Shown here: piece by piece, positions 14,419 through 27,182 of the stretch
How the letters are laid out: each line of letters opens with the position of its first letter
Numbering within the stretch: position 1 is the stretch's first letter
The notes under the pieces: model-generated
Database searches by the model: none
Told to the model about the DNA's origin: nothing
What the model saw: only the letters and a program-made list of their open reading frames with translations
Made by a program: the position numbers and the translations under genes
From: Octopus sinensis
Taxonomy: Eukaryota
Assembly: GCF_006345805.1 (NCBI RefSeq)
Contig: NC_043015.1
Location: 10,788,001-10,852,000, forward strand
DNA: 64,000 bases
Direction: 5' to 3'

Positions 14419-15025
14419 AACTAATACTACTACTATTAATTATAATAATAATAATAGTAATATTCCGCAGCGAATAACAAACATGACGGACGTGTACGAG
14501 TGAACTCCTTGCGAAGTTGGATTAAATCTGTGAACCTCGGCAAACGGCATTTCTGAAATTGGTTCCTAATGTAAATTAAATCTCTCATATACGAAATATA
14601 GTTGCTCTCAGGCATGTTGTCGCAGAAAAGCAAGCGTGTGACAATATAAACCACATGCGATGATGCGACTTGCCTATACATGAATTGAAGCAAAAACGCG
14701 AGAATGCGATGTCGCTACAGAAAAAACAATGTAAGCACAAATAACAATTGTATATGCAATCTCATCTCTACACAAATACACATAAATGTAATGTTTATAT
14801 AATTCACTCATGCACCCACACACCTCGTACATAAACAAAACAACATAGAGCACACATTGTTTGAACAAATTAAAAGAGACACATTTTATCTCATTTTGTC
14901 TCATTTTAAATAGAAGGAAAAGGAGATATGTTCGGAAATACAACTTTGAAAATAAATAAAAGCTAATTTCTATCTATGGACTTGAGCGCTTAAGATACAA
15001 AAACAAAAATAGCATACAACAAGAG

Positions 15026-15270
15026 ATGGTGACCGGCAGAAAAGTTACCTCTGAACAGGCGGGTCCCTCTACTAATGTCACTACCCAAGCGGAAAACAAA
15101 ACGAAAAGAGAACGGTGGGCAGATGACGACAGGTGTTGGAGCAAAGATAGCATCTCAAGACGGTTACAATACCAATGATTGTGGGATCGCTTGAAATGAG
15201 CAGTAAAGGAACTTAAAATTAGTTGATAATGGTCTCAGGATTATCAGCCATGCAGGGAGCGCAGAAGATA
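15026..15270 (+). mobile_element. R4/Dong-like LINE fragment A (possible N-terminus joined to extreme C-terminus)
   Basis: TVTIPMIVGSLEMSSKGT*N*LIMVSGLSAMQGAQKIVL parallels the C-terminus of fragment C. The upstream MVTGRK...KRERWADDD assignment is weaker. Confidence 0.55.
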
Positions 15271-16150
15271 GTATTGAGAGTTAACTGCAAACGAAAACAG
15301 ATTGTATATGAATAGAAACAATGGTGGCAGAAGACTAATTAGTATAGACCATTGTATAAGGAGTGAAAGGAAAACGCTTGCTGAGTATTTGATAAATACT
15401 GATGAAGACCTGCTGCAATATGCCGCAAAAATATGGGTGTGAATGCAAATGAAATGATAGGCAAGGAAGCATTTAACCGAAGAGCCGAGAAGAGAAAAGA
15501 AGACCTTCTTGAAATGAGAATGCATGAACAGTTTGAATGGAATACACAAGACGTTAAGGATAATACAGCATCGTGGGCATGGTTTGAGCGAAGTGATTTG
15601 AAGCGTACCACCGAAGTCCTGATCATTGCTGCAGAAGACCAGGCTCTCGCTACCATTTCAGCGAAGTATAACATCTATAAAACTTCTTACACCCAGAAAT
15701 ACAGTCTCCGTGGAAATAGACTGGAAAATGTGATCGAGTTCGCAAATGGATATGAGAGCCTTTCACTAAAACATGCGTGCGCCACCACGATAAAATGTGT
15801 GTGTGTCTTCATTGCCTCTTATGCCGTAAATACCAATATGAAGTAACAGAGAACTAGTATGAGCATGTACCAAGTAAACGTACGCAGGAGGATGGAAAAG
15901 TAACGATACTCTGGGATTATGATTGAAACCATCTGCCGGATATTGTCATATTGTGTAACATAGACTAATACTGTCAGATCATTGATGTAGCCATACCAAA
16001 TGACATGAATGTTGTGAGTAATGAGGTTGAAAAAAATCACCAATTACTCCGAATTGAAAGTGGAAATGGCAAGAGTGTATGGAATGAGAGTGGCTAATGT
16101 AAAAGTGATACCAGTGGTGATCGGAACATAGGGCTCAAGTAAGAAGATCA
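15270..16150 (+). mobile_element. R4/Dong-like LINE fragment B (older; thumb to RLE endonuclease)
   Basis: RLYMNRNNGGRRLI, WAWFERSDLKRTTEVLIIAAEDQAL, VTILWDY and IPVVIGT motifs with stops and frameshifts. Confidence 0.75.
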
Positions 16151-17590
16151 GGCTTGTGTAGGTTGAAAGATTTCAAAGATAAAGCACTGAAATCTGAACT
16201 AAATGCACGTAACAAGGTGTTAGCTACAAATCCCTTAGCAGTTCCAGTTGTTACTTATAGCTACAATGTGTGGAACTGGAATATGAGTGAAGTAAAGAAT
16301 ATAGATAGGAAAATACGCAAGCTGCTGAGTTGTAATAGGATGCACCACCCAAAGGCAGACGTAGATCGCCTTTACCTTCCCAGAGCCAAATATCTCGAAA
16401 TAACGAATGACTGGATGCTAAAGCTCGTGGAAAATCACGAGAGACGAAAGAAGCTTCATTCTATCATAAAGGAAAGCAAAAAAATTGCTATTGATCTCGT
16501 GCAGGATACCCAAACTGAACAACCCGAGGGAAGTACGGCAACTATTGTTGCAAAGAAGGTAAAAGTAATGGTAACGAAAACAGCGCACGAGCAATTGGCT
16601 GATAGGTGGGAGGAGAAACCTCTGCACGGCAAATATGTGGCCCGCAGCAAACAAGCTGATGTTGACCAGAAGCAAACCCATCAGTGGCTACGGAGTTCAG
16701 GGCTAAAATCAGAGAGCGAAGGTTTCATCCTGGCTGCTCAAGATCAAAGCCTAGTAACCCGGAACTACCCGGCCAATGTGATGAAAAATGGAGCAGACCC
16801 AAACTGCGGATTCTGCAAGGACATGATTGAAACAGTGGACCACCTAATCTATGGATGTAAAGTCTTAGCACCAGTGGAGTATAAATTAAGACATGACAGA
16901 GTTGGCCAATATCTACACTGGCATTACAATATCAAAGTCGGCATTACAATATCAAAACTGCCGACAAGTGGTATAATCACCACCCTGAGGCTGTAACTGA
17001 AGGAGAAAATGTAACCATTCTGTGGGACTTTCCAGTACATACAGACCGAACCATCAAGGCCAATAAACCAGATATTGTTGTGAAAGATCAAAACAATAAA
17101 GTTTGCTTATTGATCGACATGAGCATCCCCTGTGATCATAATATCTCAGCGAAAGAGTTTGACAAGCTCAGAAAATATAAAGACCTACTCACTGAAATTG
17201 AGAAAATGTGGCATCTCAAGGCGGTTACAATACCAGTGATCGTAGGAGCACTAGGAATGATCAAGAAGGGAACCGAAAATTATATGATAATGATCCCTGG
17301 CTTACCATCCCTGCAAGAAGTGCAAAAAGATTGTCTTAACTGGTACATCACACGTATTGAGAAGAGCATTGTCGATGTGAGAACTGTTGTTCTTCATGTA
17401 TTTTAATTTAACTTTTTAAAAAAATATTAAAAAAAAAAAATTGTTTAATGAACGAACTATTGAGTTTGGTTTAATGGCCTATCAATGTATACTATGAGTT
17501 TCTTTGCCCTAGGAGTCGGGAAGACACTCGGCAAGAAATGGAAGCAAATTTGAAAGAAGAAAGAAAAAAAGTAATAATAATAATAATAAT
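16150..17590 (+). mobile_element. R4/Dong-like LINE fragment C (5'-truncated, younger), with 3' UTR and (TAA)n tail
   Basis: HPKADVDRLYLPR; WLRSSGLKSESEGFILAAQDQ; CGFC...HLIYGC zinc knuckle; RHD; ILWDF...NKPDIVVKD...LIDMSIP...KYKDL (RLE); KIVLTGTSHVLRRALSM*; (TAA)n at 17571-17590. Confidence 0.92.
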
Positions 17591-17858
17591 TCAGAAGATA
17601 GTGCTCATGGGAACTTCCCATATACTACGTAAAATACTGTCTATGTAATCTCAAATTTTAAAACAAACTCATAATATTTTTCTGTTCTCTTAAACATTCT
17701 CTAGAACAACACTATGTTCAAAATCAAATGTATGACACCGTAGGCATTCCAACAACATGACCTTCTAAAGTGTTGTCTATTGAGGTATCTGGGTGAGACT
17801 TGGAGTCAGCTTGTAGAAATACAAAGCAAAAGTCAAACATAATAATAATAATAATAAT

Positions 17859-17890
<32 letters not shown>
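17589..17890 (+). mobile_element. R4/Dong-like LINE fragment D (last ~19 codons, 3' UTR, (TAA)n tail)
   Basis: att cag aag ata gtg ctc atg gga act... = IQKIVLMGTSHILRKILSM*, starting inside the (TAA)n tail of fragment C. Confidence 0.8.
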
Positions 17891-17893
<3 letters not shown>

Positions 17894-17984
17894 GAAGAAG
17901 AAGAAGAAGAACAACAACAACAACAAACAACAGGAATCGTTAGTTGTGGATTTTCCTTCGCCTTTACACTCAGAGTTAAAATAT

Positions 17985-18115
17985 GCTGAAATCGACCCTG
18001 CACTTCAGTTTTTCCAAGTCGACAGAATAAATACCTCTCAAGTCCTGGTCCCGATAAGATCGACAATCTTCCTACCCCTAAAATTTCAGGGCTGATGCCT
18101 ATAGTAGAGAGGATG
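17985..18115 (+). mobile_element. SINE family 1 fragment
   Basis: aaatcgaccctgcac..gtcgacagaataa...cccctaaaatttcagggctgatgcctatagtagagagg tail as at 1085-1125. Confidence 0.55.
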
Positions 18116-18229
18116 GTTATAGTTCTCATTATTGTCGTTTGTTCTGTTTTTTTTTTCTTTTGTTTTGTCGTAGCTGTTGCAGTTTTGTGTACAACTGATG
18201 AATGCCGCTATACAATATGGTGTGTAGTG

Positions 18230-19420
18230 TATAGTTCTCTAGCTGCTATAATATTATCTATTGTAAATTTCTCTCTACATTAGTGACTTCAGAATATTCA
18301 TTCTCTATTTTATTAGTATTTCTATCACTCAGACAAATATTTCTCCTAATAACTTTTAGATACATTTGTATTTTTTATGAACACATGAGGACACTATTCA
18401 TGTCTTAACTATGTATTTGGAATCATTACTTACATTGATGCTAATACAGAATCCCCTTGTTTGTCGTCATCATTATTCACTGGAGCGTTAACTTGTTTCA
18501 GTGTATTTTTTTCTTATATTACAACTACATATTTCAATCTTTTTTATCTTTTTCATGCCGAGATCATGGATTATAGAAAATATCCTTAGGCTTTAACGTA
18601 TCATATCTAAAACCATCACAATGTAATTTAATTTACCCTTAGCAAACGTATAAATATTAACAGATATGTTAATATGATGAAGTATTCTCATTAATTTGAT
18701 GTTAGAATGATACGACGGTTTTCATCGTTTCTACCTCCCATCAAAGTATCATTATAATGGGATACATTATTTTTAATATTTTTCGTTTAGCTGAAAGAAT
18801 AGATATTGTTAGAGAGATATTTCTAATAATACTATTCACTATCAAATTGGGTTGGGTAGATATTTCATTTATTTATTGTACGGTTTCTTTAGGCTTATGA
18901 ATTGAGTTTTAGAGTACGAGGAAATTATTAATTTGTATATTCTTATCGAAAGTGATACGGAGATTGCATATCGTAAAATAGTTTGTAGATGGAATTTCTA
19001 AGGCATTCTCTATGAGAAGAAACGTAATTATTTAGTGAAAGCTGTAAAAAAAGTAATCACGATAAAATACAGTGCCTAAGTATGAAGAAGTTTCTTTTGA
19101 ATTCACATATGTGATATAAGCCAAATAAATCTGTTACCAAAGCGAAATCAGAGAAACCTATAGTAATATCGAAATTATCAGGTCTATATTCACTAATCCA
19201 ATAATGACGTTCGAAAAATATCTATATAATTCTAGCAAGTAAAGTTTTGTTTCCATAGTATGTGAAACTAGAAAACTTTCTAGCAAACATGAGAGAGTTA
19301 TTCAAAAGCACGGGGAAAACCCATGGATGATAGCTACCAATGCAAAACAGTAAGATGGATACTTACTGTTCATTTTGCGACTAACATTCAGTTGTCTAAA
19401 ATGATACAATTATAGCAGAG
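18230..19420 (-). mobile_element. Old decayed Naiad-type Penelope-like RT remnant
   Basis: Minus translations YHPWVFPVLLNNSLMFARK, LLARII*IFFERHYW...PDNFDITIGFSDFALVTDLFGLY, FYRD, INNFL and HKPKETVQ align motif by motif with the RT at 44937-43900. Confidence 0.7.
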
Positions 19421-19517
19421 ATATTTCTACAGGATTTACTTTCGGTACTATATTTTCTAAGAATCTCTTAATCTCTTAGTGTATATGCGTATGCTCTTTC
19501 TTTTTTTTAATCTTTAT

Positions 19518-19550
<33 letters not shown>

Positions 19551-19602
19551 ATAAACATATATATATATATAATAAACATATTATATATATATATATATAT
19601 GT

Positions 19603-19645
<43 letters not shown>

Positions 19646-19744
19646 TATGTATGTATATATATATAGGTATAAAATGTATTGTTCCGCGATAGAAAATTCA
19701 ACAAAAATAGTACTCCATCCCGTGAGAGTTACTTATTATTTATT

Positions 19745-20590
19745 TAAAGGACACAATACATTTATTAAAACGTTACTAATAGTTTCATATGTTTCGAAAA
19801 CTCAAACATAATCTTCAGGCGCAAGTCGCATATCATAACGAACTAAAAATTTTAATTATAGAAAACGCTGCGTGTAAACAACAGAAAGCGGAAAACGGAA
19901 AACAAAAACACAAAAACTAAAGTATAAAAAATATATGATAAAAAGGTAAAATAGTTATCCTCGTTAGACCTTAAATGATAAGGCTAGAAATATAGTATGC
20001 CAGTTAGGAATAAAAGGGATTTTCCAATACTTTAAAATATATTTATACATATGTATGCAGCTACTGAAAATTTCTGATCTAGATTTCAAAATATTACCTG
20101 CACATGATCCAATATAAGTCTTATTATCAGTTGTATTATTATTTACGCTTGCATTAACTTCTGCCTCACATATGATAGATTTAATCACACATCATTGGTC
20201 AAGTAGAAAGGATCCTGGGTCACGAGAGTTACGACTGGGTTTAGGCTTTGACCACGTGTAATGATACTATTCATATTAGGGCAGCAGCTATATGATTACT
20301 TCATAGAACAGTGATCAAATATTTCCAGTATCTGTAAGAAGCTGGAAAGTATTTGTCTACGAGAGACAAGGATCTTTTTCCTATGTTAGATTTTAATTTG
20401 TGCATTTTTGTTTTCCGTTTTTCGTTTTCCGTTGTTTACTCTCTACGTTTTCTATATGCTACTTTCTCAGATTTTCTTTCATTATTCAAGTTTCTTACTT
20501 CCTTGTGATATGTGGGTTGCTCCTGAGAATTCAGTTTTCTCAACATATGAAACGATTAGTTGCGCTTTAATACATGTATTGCGCCCTTAA
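19745..20590 (-). mobile_element. 5'-truncated Penelope-like fragment (GIY-YIG only) between inverted arms ~19745-19920 and ~20400-20590
   Basis: LDQ*CVIKSIICEAEV...NKTYIGS; arms share gtaaacaac.gaaa.cg.aaaacggaaaacaaaaa and catatgaaac.attag; decayed CTGAAGA..CGAAACATATG in the 3' arm. Confidence 0.7.
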
Positions 20591-20599
20591 TATATAAAC

Positions 20600-20758
20600 A
20601 GGAATGGATGTGTGGTAAGAAGCTTGCTTTCACGTGGTTCTGGGCTGTGTCACATAGGGTGACACTATGGGCAAGTGTCTTCTACTATAACCTCGGGCTG
20701 AATAAAGCCTTGTAAGTGGATTTGGGAGACGGAAACTGAAAGAAACACGCCGCGTATG

Positions 20759-20760
<2 letters not shown>
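20600..20760 (+). mobile_element. tRNA-headed SINE family 4 ending in (TA)n
   Basis: tgtgtggtaagaagcttgctt...gggcaagtgtcttctactata..ctcgggc..aaagccttgt.agtggatttgg.agacggaaactgaaagaa; other copies at ~26545-26690, ~48100-48262 and ~51755-51825(-). Confidence 0.8.
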
Positions 20761-20833
<73 letters not shown>

Positions 20834-21059
20834 GTGTCTGTGTTTGTCCCACACCATCGCTTGTTGTTGTGTCTATGGTCTCATCACCAAGCGGTTCGGC
20901 ATCAGAAGCGATGGAATAACTACTAAGATTATAAGGAATATTTCCTTGGGGTGATTTGTTCGGCTAAAAGCGGTACTCCAGCCTGGCTGCAATCAAATTA
21001 CTGAACAGGTAAATTATAAAAGGATATATATATTATATATATATATACCAGAGAAAGCC

Positions 21060-21200
21060 CATAAATGCGAATCAAGGTGGAAAAAGTAGTACTCGAAAAC
21101 CAGATGTAGAGTAATAAGCTTTATTAAAAAGCAGCAAAAATATCACAAAAATTGTTACTCAGAGGTTCACGTTCCAGTCGTCGGAAGTTTAGTTTAGAAT
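21060..21200 (-). mobile_element. Mini-element family with CCGACGA hammerhead-like core (copy 1)
   Basis: Shares HHR-like block and tail (gctgc..aataaagc.tattactcta...gagtact..tttttccacc) with 34765-34895, 35990-36080 and 39935-40035. Confidence 0.65.
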
Positions 21201-21479
21201 GGAGTAAGAAATACAATTACTTTGCTAGATACACCTTTGAAAATGGTTTTGTTTCATTGGTCCTTTTCAATATCCGGTTGCATGAAATAACAAATTGGAG
21301 TCCAAAATCATATTATTATAAAATTGAAGAAAACCTTAAATCGAAAATAGCTTATGAAGAAGGAAAACCACCCGAATAGCCAGGTTAAATAATTAGCTGT
21401 AAAAATAATAGTAAATTAATAAATTAAAAGACACATCAGTTTAAATTTTTTCCCGCTGACACACATACATTACGCAATA

Positions 21480-24100
21480 AATACACATACCAAAGAATCT
21501 ATAATATAGGTATATACACTAAACGTAAATTGCAAAAGTAGTTTGGTTAGAATGCGGAAAATTTTGCTTCTTCACTTAACCGTTTTCTTAATTATCAGCA
21601 TTCTCCTTTTCATGGATCTTTATATCGCTCTTAATTTACTTTCAACATTCTTGTTAGGTGTCTTTATTCATCTTTCAATTTCATGCCTGATTTTTATCCT
21701 TTAAACATAATATTTTACTATGGCAGGTGTATAGGTCAACACTTTCAACTGTTTTATCATCTATTACTATATTTCCAGCTGTGATGAAATGGCTAGAGAT
21801 TCGTTAATATTAATTGTAAATCTACGTTGTTTGTTTTCTTCTTTTAGTTCTCTGAGCAATTCTGTGGATACTCTAATGCTCCTGGACATGAGTACTTCAT
21901 CAGCGAATCTGAGACCATTTAGCAGGCGCCCGTTTATATTGATTCATTTACCTGATTCTCATAGGTTTTTAAAAAACCTTCTCAATCACACATGTGATAA
22001 TTAGGGTGATACATGCCTCCTTTGAAGGCTTTGTCAATTTTGATATCAGGCACCTTTTGTTTCCTTCTATTCCCTATTCTCTTAGTACTCTTAATATATC
22101 ATCAATTTCCACGGAATGAAAGGCTTTCGAATTATACAAATGTTAAGTATATTGGTATGTTGTAAGCTTTTCATTTTCCCCTCAGATGGTTTATAGCATA
22201 CACGAGATCAATTATACAATAGTTTTCCCGAGTCTTTCCTATTCTGCTGTTGTGTTCTCATTCGCCCTTCTCAAATCTTTTGATATGATTTTTGAGGTGA
22301 TATTCTATGTGTGAGAGTAGATTCACAGGCCTGTTGTTCTCTAGGTGTTTACTATCCCTTTTTATAAAGAAGGATCAGTTCGTAACTCTTCTTCATCACC
22401 TGTATCTTATATTAATGGACCCATTTTTTATAGTTTAGCTATTGCCTTCCTTGTGCTTGGTCCAACCATTTTTATTATACATTAGTTATATTATTTACAA
22501 TTAACAGATATTAAATATAGAACCGCATTTTTATTACGTTTATTACAATCCCATCAGGACCAGTAGCATTTTATTTTTCATTTCCTTTATAACAATTCTA
22601 ATTTCTGATTCTAATATATCTGTGACCATTTTTTTTGAATTTACTGTTCACGAAACTTGTTTGATTGATATAGGGTTATATAGAGTTCTTTAATTCTTTT
22701 TTAATATTTGCACATCTTCTGTAAGTTATTTCCGTGTTTATCATTTAGGTTAATGATTGTGTAACATCCAATAATGTACCTTTGCTTAGGTTTTTTTTGT
22801 GACTTTTGTAGTTTTTAATTCATTCCTTAATCATCTTTAAAGTTTTCTGAGATTTTTCCTTATTGTGTTACCTCATTCAGTATATTCAATGGGTTGTGTA
22901 AATGAGTCTTGTTTTATTGTTATTCGGATATTAATGTGCTTTACAATATCTCTCGGTAATGTATAGTTTTTCGCCTTTTTTTCTGTTAGATGTAGTTTCC
23001 TTAGCTGCATTTTATTAGTTTCTCTGTAATATTATTTGTTATCTCTTTGATATTATTACTGTGTATATTATACCTAATTACATAAATTCTACTTTTCAAG
23101 ATTAACTGAAATTGTGAGACTTTTGCTCTAAGGTCTTCATGCAAATTCCCTGTGTTTTAAGTTTGTATTTAATAAGACTACATTCACCTGAAATGTTCTT
23201 TTTATGGACAACTGTCATATCCTGAACTGTATCTGGGCTGCTTGATATTATTAAATGAATTTACTCGTTCTATCTCCAGGCCGTTTTTCCATGTCCATTT
23301 TAAGTAAAAGAAGATATCTGCTATAGTAATGTTTTCATAGTATGCTATTTCATTTAGTATTTTTCGTCTTTCATATCTTATTCCACATTCGTAACTTTCG
23401 ATGACATTTTAGCACTTATTATTCTTAAAGCCCATCTTTGGCTTAAAAATCCATATCACTAAAGTATGGTTCACTTTCTTTTCTTTAATGGCATTGTCAA
23501 GCTGCCTTGTAAAATACTTCAATCTCTTCATCATCACTGCCACTAGTTGGGGCATGCACTGGGATAATATTAATTTAATAAATTTTCCTCAGGCTGTCGG
23601 TTGTTTTCATTATCCGTTTTGCAATTGATAATATTTCCAGCAACATCATTATATATCAAAAATCGTATGCCTGCTTCACTTTTATCCTCAGCTTTCCGGG
23701 GAAAAATATGTGACCATTTTTTGCAAGGAGTTTGTAATATCACTTTCTTGTCACTTCATGAGACCAACAACATTCCAATTAATGTTGTCCTATTCATGTT
23801 CTAAGTCCGAGATGCAAGCGTCTCGCCTAAGACTACATAAGTTATACATATATGCCGTCGGGTTATAAAAGTTAGTTGTTTTGATTCAAAGATTCATAGA
23901 TCCTCCTACACTACGCATACCTATACCGCAACCATTGTCTGGGATTGTATTATTGCTGGGGAATGGTGGCAGTTTATCAAAGTTCGGGAGCATATGGGTT
24001 TGAAGAGCCGACTGTGGCACCCGCGGCTCAAAATCACTTGAGAGAGGGATACAAACTATACCCACAAGTACACACCTATAGCACATAGCACATCGATATG
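21480..24100 (-). mobile_element. Decayed RTE-clade LINE (APE endonuclease plus RT)
   Basis: Minus-strand motifs in order: TYNLCSL..DLEHE..NINWNVVGL (APE start), NATGPDG, LLYKKG, SKAFHSVE, NINGRLLNGLRFADEV, SMKRRML. Many stops and frameshifts. Confidence 0.85.
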
Positions 24101-24516
24101 TATATATGAATATTACATAAGTACATACAGAGATACATATACGTATATATTTATATAAGTGAACTGGGTATATGCTCAGTGAAAATTTCAAAATGAAGTT
24201 ATAAAATGCACTGGAATTTTACTTCTGAAATAAAAGCATTGGTTATTGAAACAGCTGTAGGTAGGATTTTCTATGTATAAATTTGAATGTCTTAAAATAA
24301 AAACTTAAGTACGTAAATTTTCTCCATTTTCTTATTTAAAAAGGTTTATTTAGATAATAAAACACTTCGGTGATAAACTAATATTCTTGGTTTTCTCTGA
24401 ACGCTGGTATAAACCGGTGATGTATTGTGCTCGCATCATTCAGTAGCCTTTAGTTATTTGACTAATTAAATGAAATTCAATTATATATATATATATAGAA
24501 GGAGGCACACACACAC

Positions 24517-24582
<66 letters not shown>

Positions 24583-24607
24583 GGAGGCACACACACACAC
24601 ATATATG

Positions 24608-24641
<34 letters not shown>

Positions 24642-24687
24642 ATATATATAGATATATATATATATATATATATATAGATATAGATAG

Positions 24688-24718
<31 letters not shown>

Positions 24719-24769
24719 CAGGGTGATAGGCAGATAGACAGATGGATACAGAGAGAGAGAGAAGGAGAG

Positions 24770-24871
<102 letters not shown>

Positions 24872-25820
24872 ATGGAGGAAGAGAGAGAAATCGCACCTAG
24901 ACTTGTCAAAGACATAGGATAGGAAGCGATGTGGAACCTTAAATAAAATATTACGCTTGCTCGTATCTCTTGTCTTTAAATACGAGAATATGCATTGCTT
25001 GATCTTATAGCAGTTAATCACTTGAGGTATAATTTCATATTTGACACGGCCAAAGATGGAGATTTTATTTCAAAACATTACTAGATTGGTCGTTTATTAT
25101 GTTGCCTACGTTTAAAACTGCTGTTGTTATTTAAATGGCATTCTCGTATCAGTACACTGGACTTTTCTTATATATAACCTACATTTTACACAGATTGGCT
25201 TTGCACTTAAATCACCGGCGTGGTCTCATAGTCCAGCAACTACGCTATCAAGTGGAAATGTTTTATGCAAGGAATTATTTAAATATATGCATCGATGGAC
25301 TTTGAATTGTTGTTCTCTGATGAATCCTATTTCAAACATAAGGTTATACACTATTATTAATTTCACAAATGTGCTTGAAAGGAATTTGTCTGTCTTAGTA
25401 ACGGTGTATTAAATGTATAAATCATAGTTATACAAACGTACAATCATACTGATGGACATGTCTATACACACAAACATAACTTCGTATGTATAATCAGAAA
25501 CATAGGTATATCGACATGCTAACGGACATGCAAGCTTACATGTTTGGGGCACACATACGCATATCTAACTATCTATCTATTTATGAATTAGTCTGTATCT
25601 ATCTGTCTATCAATCTATATGTGTGTGCTTGTGTGTGTATGTGTGTGTATGTATATGTACATGTATATATATATATATATGTATCTATATATATATTGTA
25701 TAGAGGGCATTATTACACATAAATGCCTCACACTAAGAGGGACAAAGTCGTTACTACCAAAATTTTACTAATCATACCTAAATGCAGTTTTTCAAAGCAA
25801 GACATTTAAAAAATGAATTT

Positions 25821-25878
25821 AGTTCTGTATCACCGTGATTTCACATTCAACTTACGTCTTATGATCATCAGCAGAACT
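25821..25878 (-). ncRNA. Type I hammerhead ribozyme (left arm)
   Basis: Exact reverse complement of the HHR at 25959-26016. Confidence 0.82.
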
Positions 25879-25958
25879 GATTCTGAACACATCATAAATA
25901 AACAACCAACCTTACCGCTACGTAAGGTTGGTTGTTTATTTATGATGTGTTCAGAATC

Positions 25959-26016
25959 AGTTCTGCTGATGATCATAAGACGTAAGTTGAATGTGAAATC
26001 ACGGTGATACAGAACT
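25959..26016 (+). ncRNA. Type I hammerhead ribozyme (right arm); predicted cleavage after A26009
   Basis: AGTTCTG-CTGATGA-T-CAT-aa-GAC-GTAA-GTT-ga-ATG-T-GAA-ATCACGGTGAT-A-CAGAACT: 7-bp stem I, stem II capped by a GNRA loop, near-palindromic stem III, AUA triplet. Confidence 0.85.
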
Positions 26017-26275
26017 AAATTCATTTTTTAAGTGTCTTGCTTTGAAAAACTGCATTTAGGTATGATTAGTATAATTTTGGTAGTAATGACTTTGTCCCTC
26101 TTAGTGTGAGGCATTTATGTGTAATAATGCCCTCTATACAATATAGTTATAATTAATTTGTTCAAAAGAAAAAAATTATTTTCGAATTCTTTTCTTTTAT
26201 GAGGTTTTCACGCTAACTACCCGATAATTTCTTGTTAAGATCCCGTATTAAGAGATTATCCTTAATTGTTAAATG

Positions 26276-26375
<100 letters not shown>

Positions 26376-26736
26376 CTATATATATGTACATGCATACCTA
26401 TATGTGTTTGCATATATATACGTATATATATATGTATGTACATATATGTATATATATATATGTGTGTGTGTGTACATATATATTATGTATATATGTGTAT
26501 GCGTGTATGTGTGCGTGTATATACATGCACATACACACATACGCGGCCCTGTGGTGAGGAGCTTTCTTTCCAATCACAAGGTTCCAGTTTCAGACCTTGG
26601 ACAAGTGATTTCTACTATGGGCTCGGTCCGACCAAAGCCGTGTGAGTGAATTTGTTAGACGGAAACTGAAAGAAGCTCGTGGTATATATATATATATATT
26701 ATATATATATATATTATATATATATATATATATATG

Positions 26737-26776
<40 letters not shown>

Positions 26777-27115
26777 TGTGTATGTGTGTGTTTCTGTGTA
26801 TGTACATATATATGTATGTATATACGTATGGGTGTGTGTATACCGATACATAAATATATCGTACGTCATATATTTAGAAGTGTGTATGAATATATAAATG
26901 TGCATAACCTCGTATTTGTATGAGAGAGTCAGTGTGTTTATATTTGTCTATACACAGATGTTTTAGATAGAAATAAAATTAATTCACTTACTTAAGAAGT
27001 AGAAGTTTCATAGCTAGAATGGTCGCGAAATGTCTGTGATTAAATTCTACATTTACCTGTCAAAATATAGTAGACTACTATTTGAATGAAACACACAAGC
27101 ATGCACCTATATATG

Positions 27116-27179
<64 letters not shown>

Positions 27180-27182
27180 TTA

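Larger units (their letters stand above)
25692..26145. repeat. Near-perfect 454-bp palindrome (224-bp arms, 6-nt loop 25916-25921)
   Basis: Arm comparison by eye finds 3 substitutions; mirrored ORFs 25813..26007(+) and 25830..26024(-) give the same centre, 25918.5. Confidence 0.97.

Noticed and set aside
14436-14693. GC-balanced unique stretch with a short ORF
   Set aside because: No motif; the ORF runs into a microsatellite.
23990-24060. GC-rich hairpin in the RTE 5' region as a possible HDV-like ribozyme
   Set aside because: I could not build the nested double pseudoknot by eye; it needs a descriptor search.
24482-24650. Duplicated agaaggaggcacacac module inside (TA)n
   Set aside because: Ordinary microsatellite slippage duplication.
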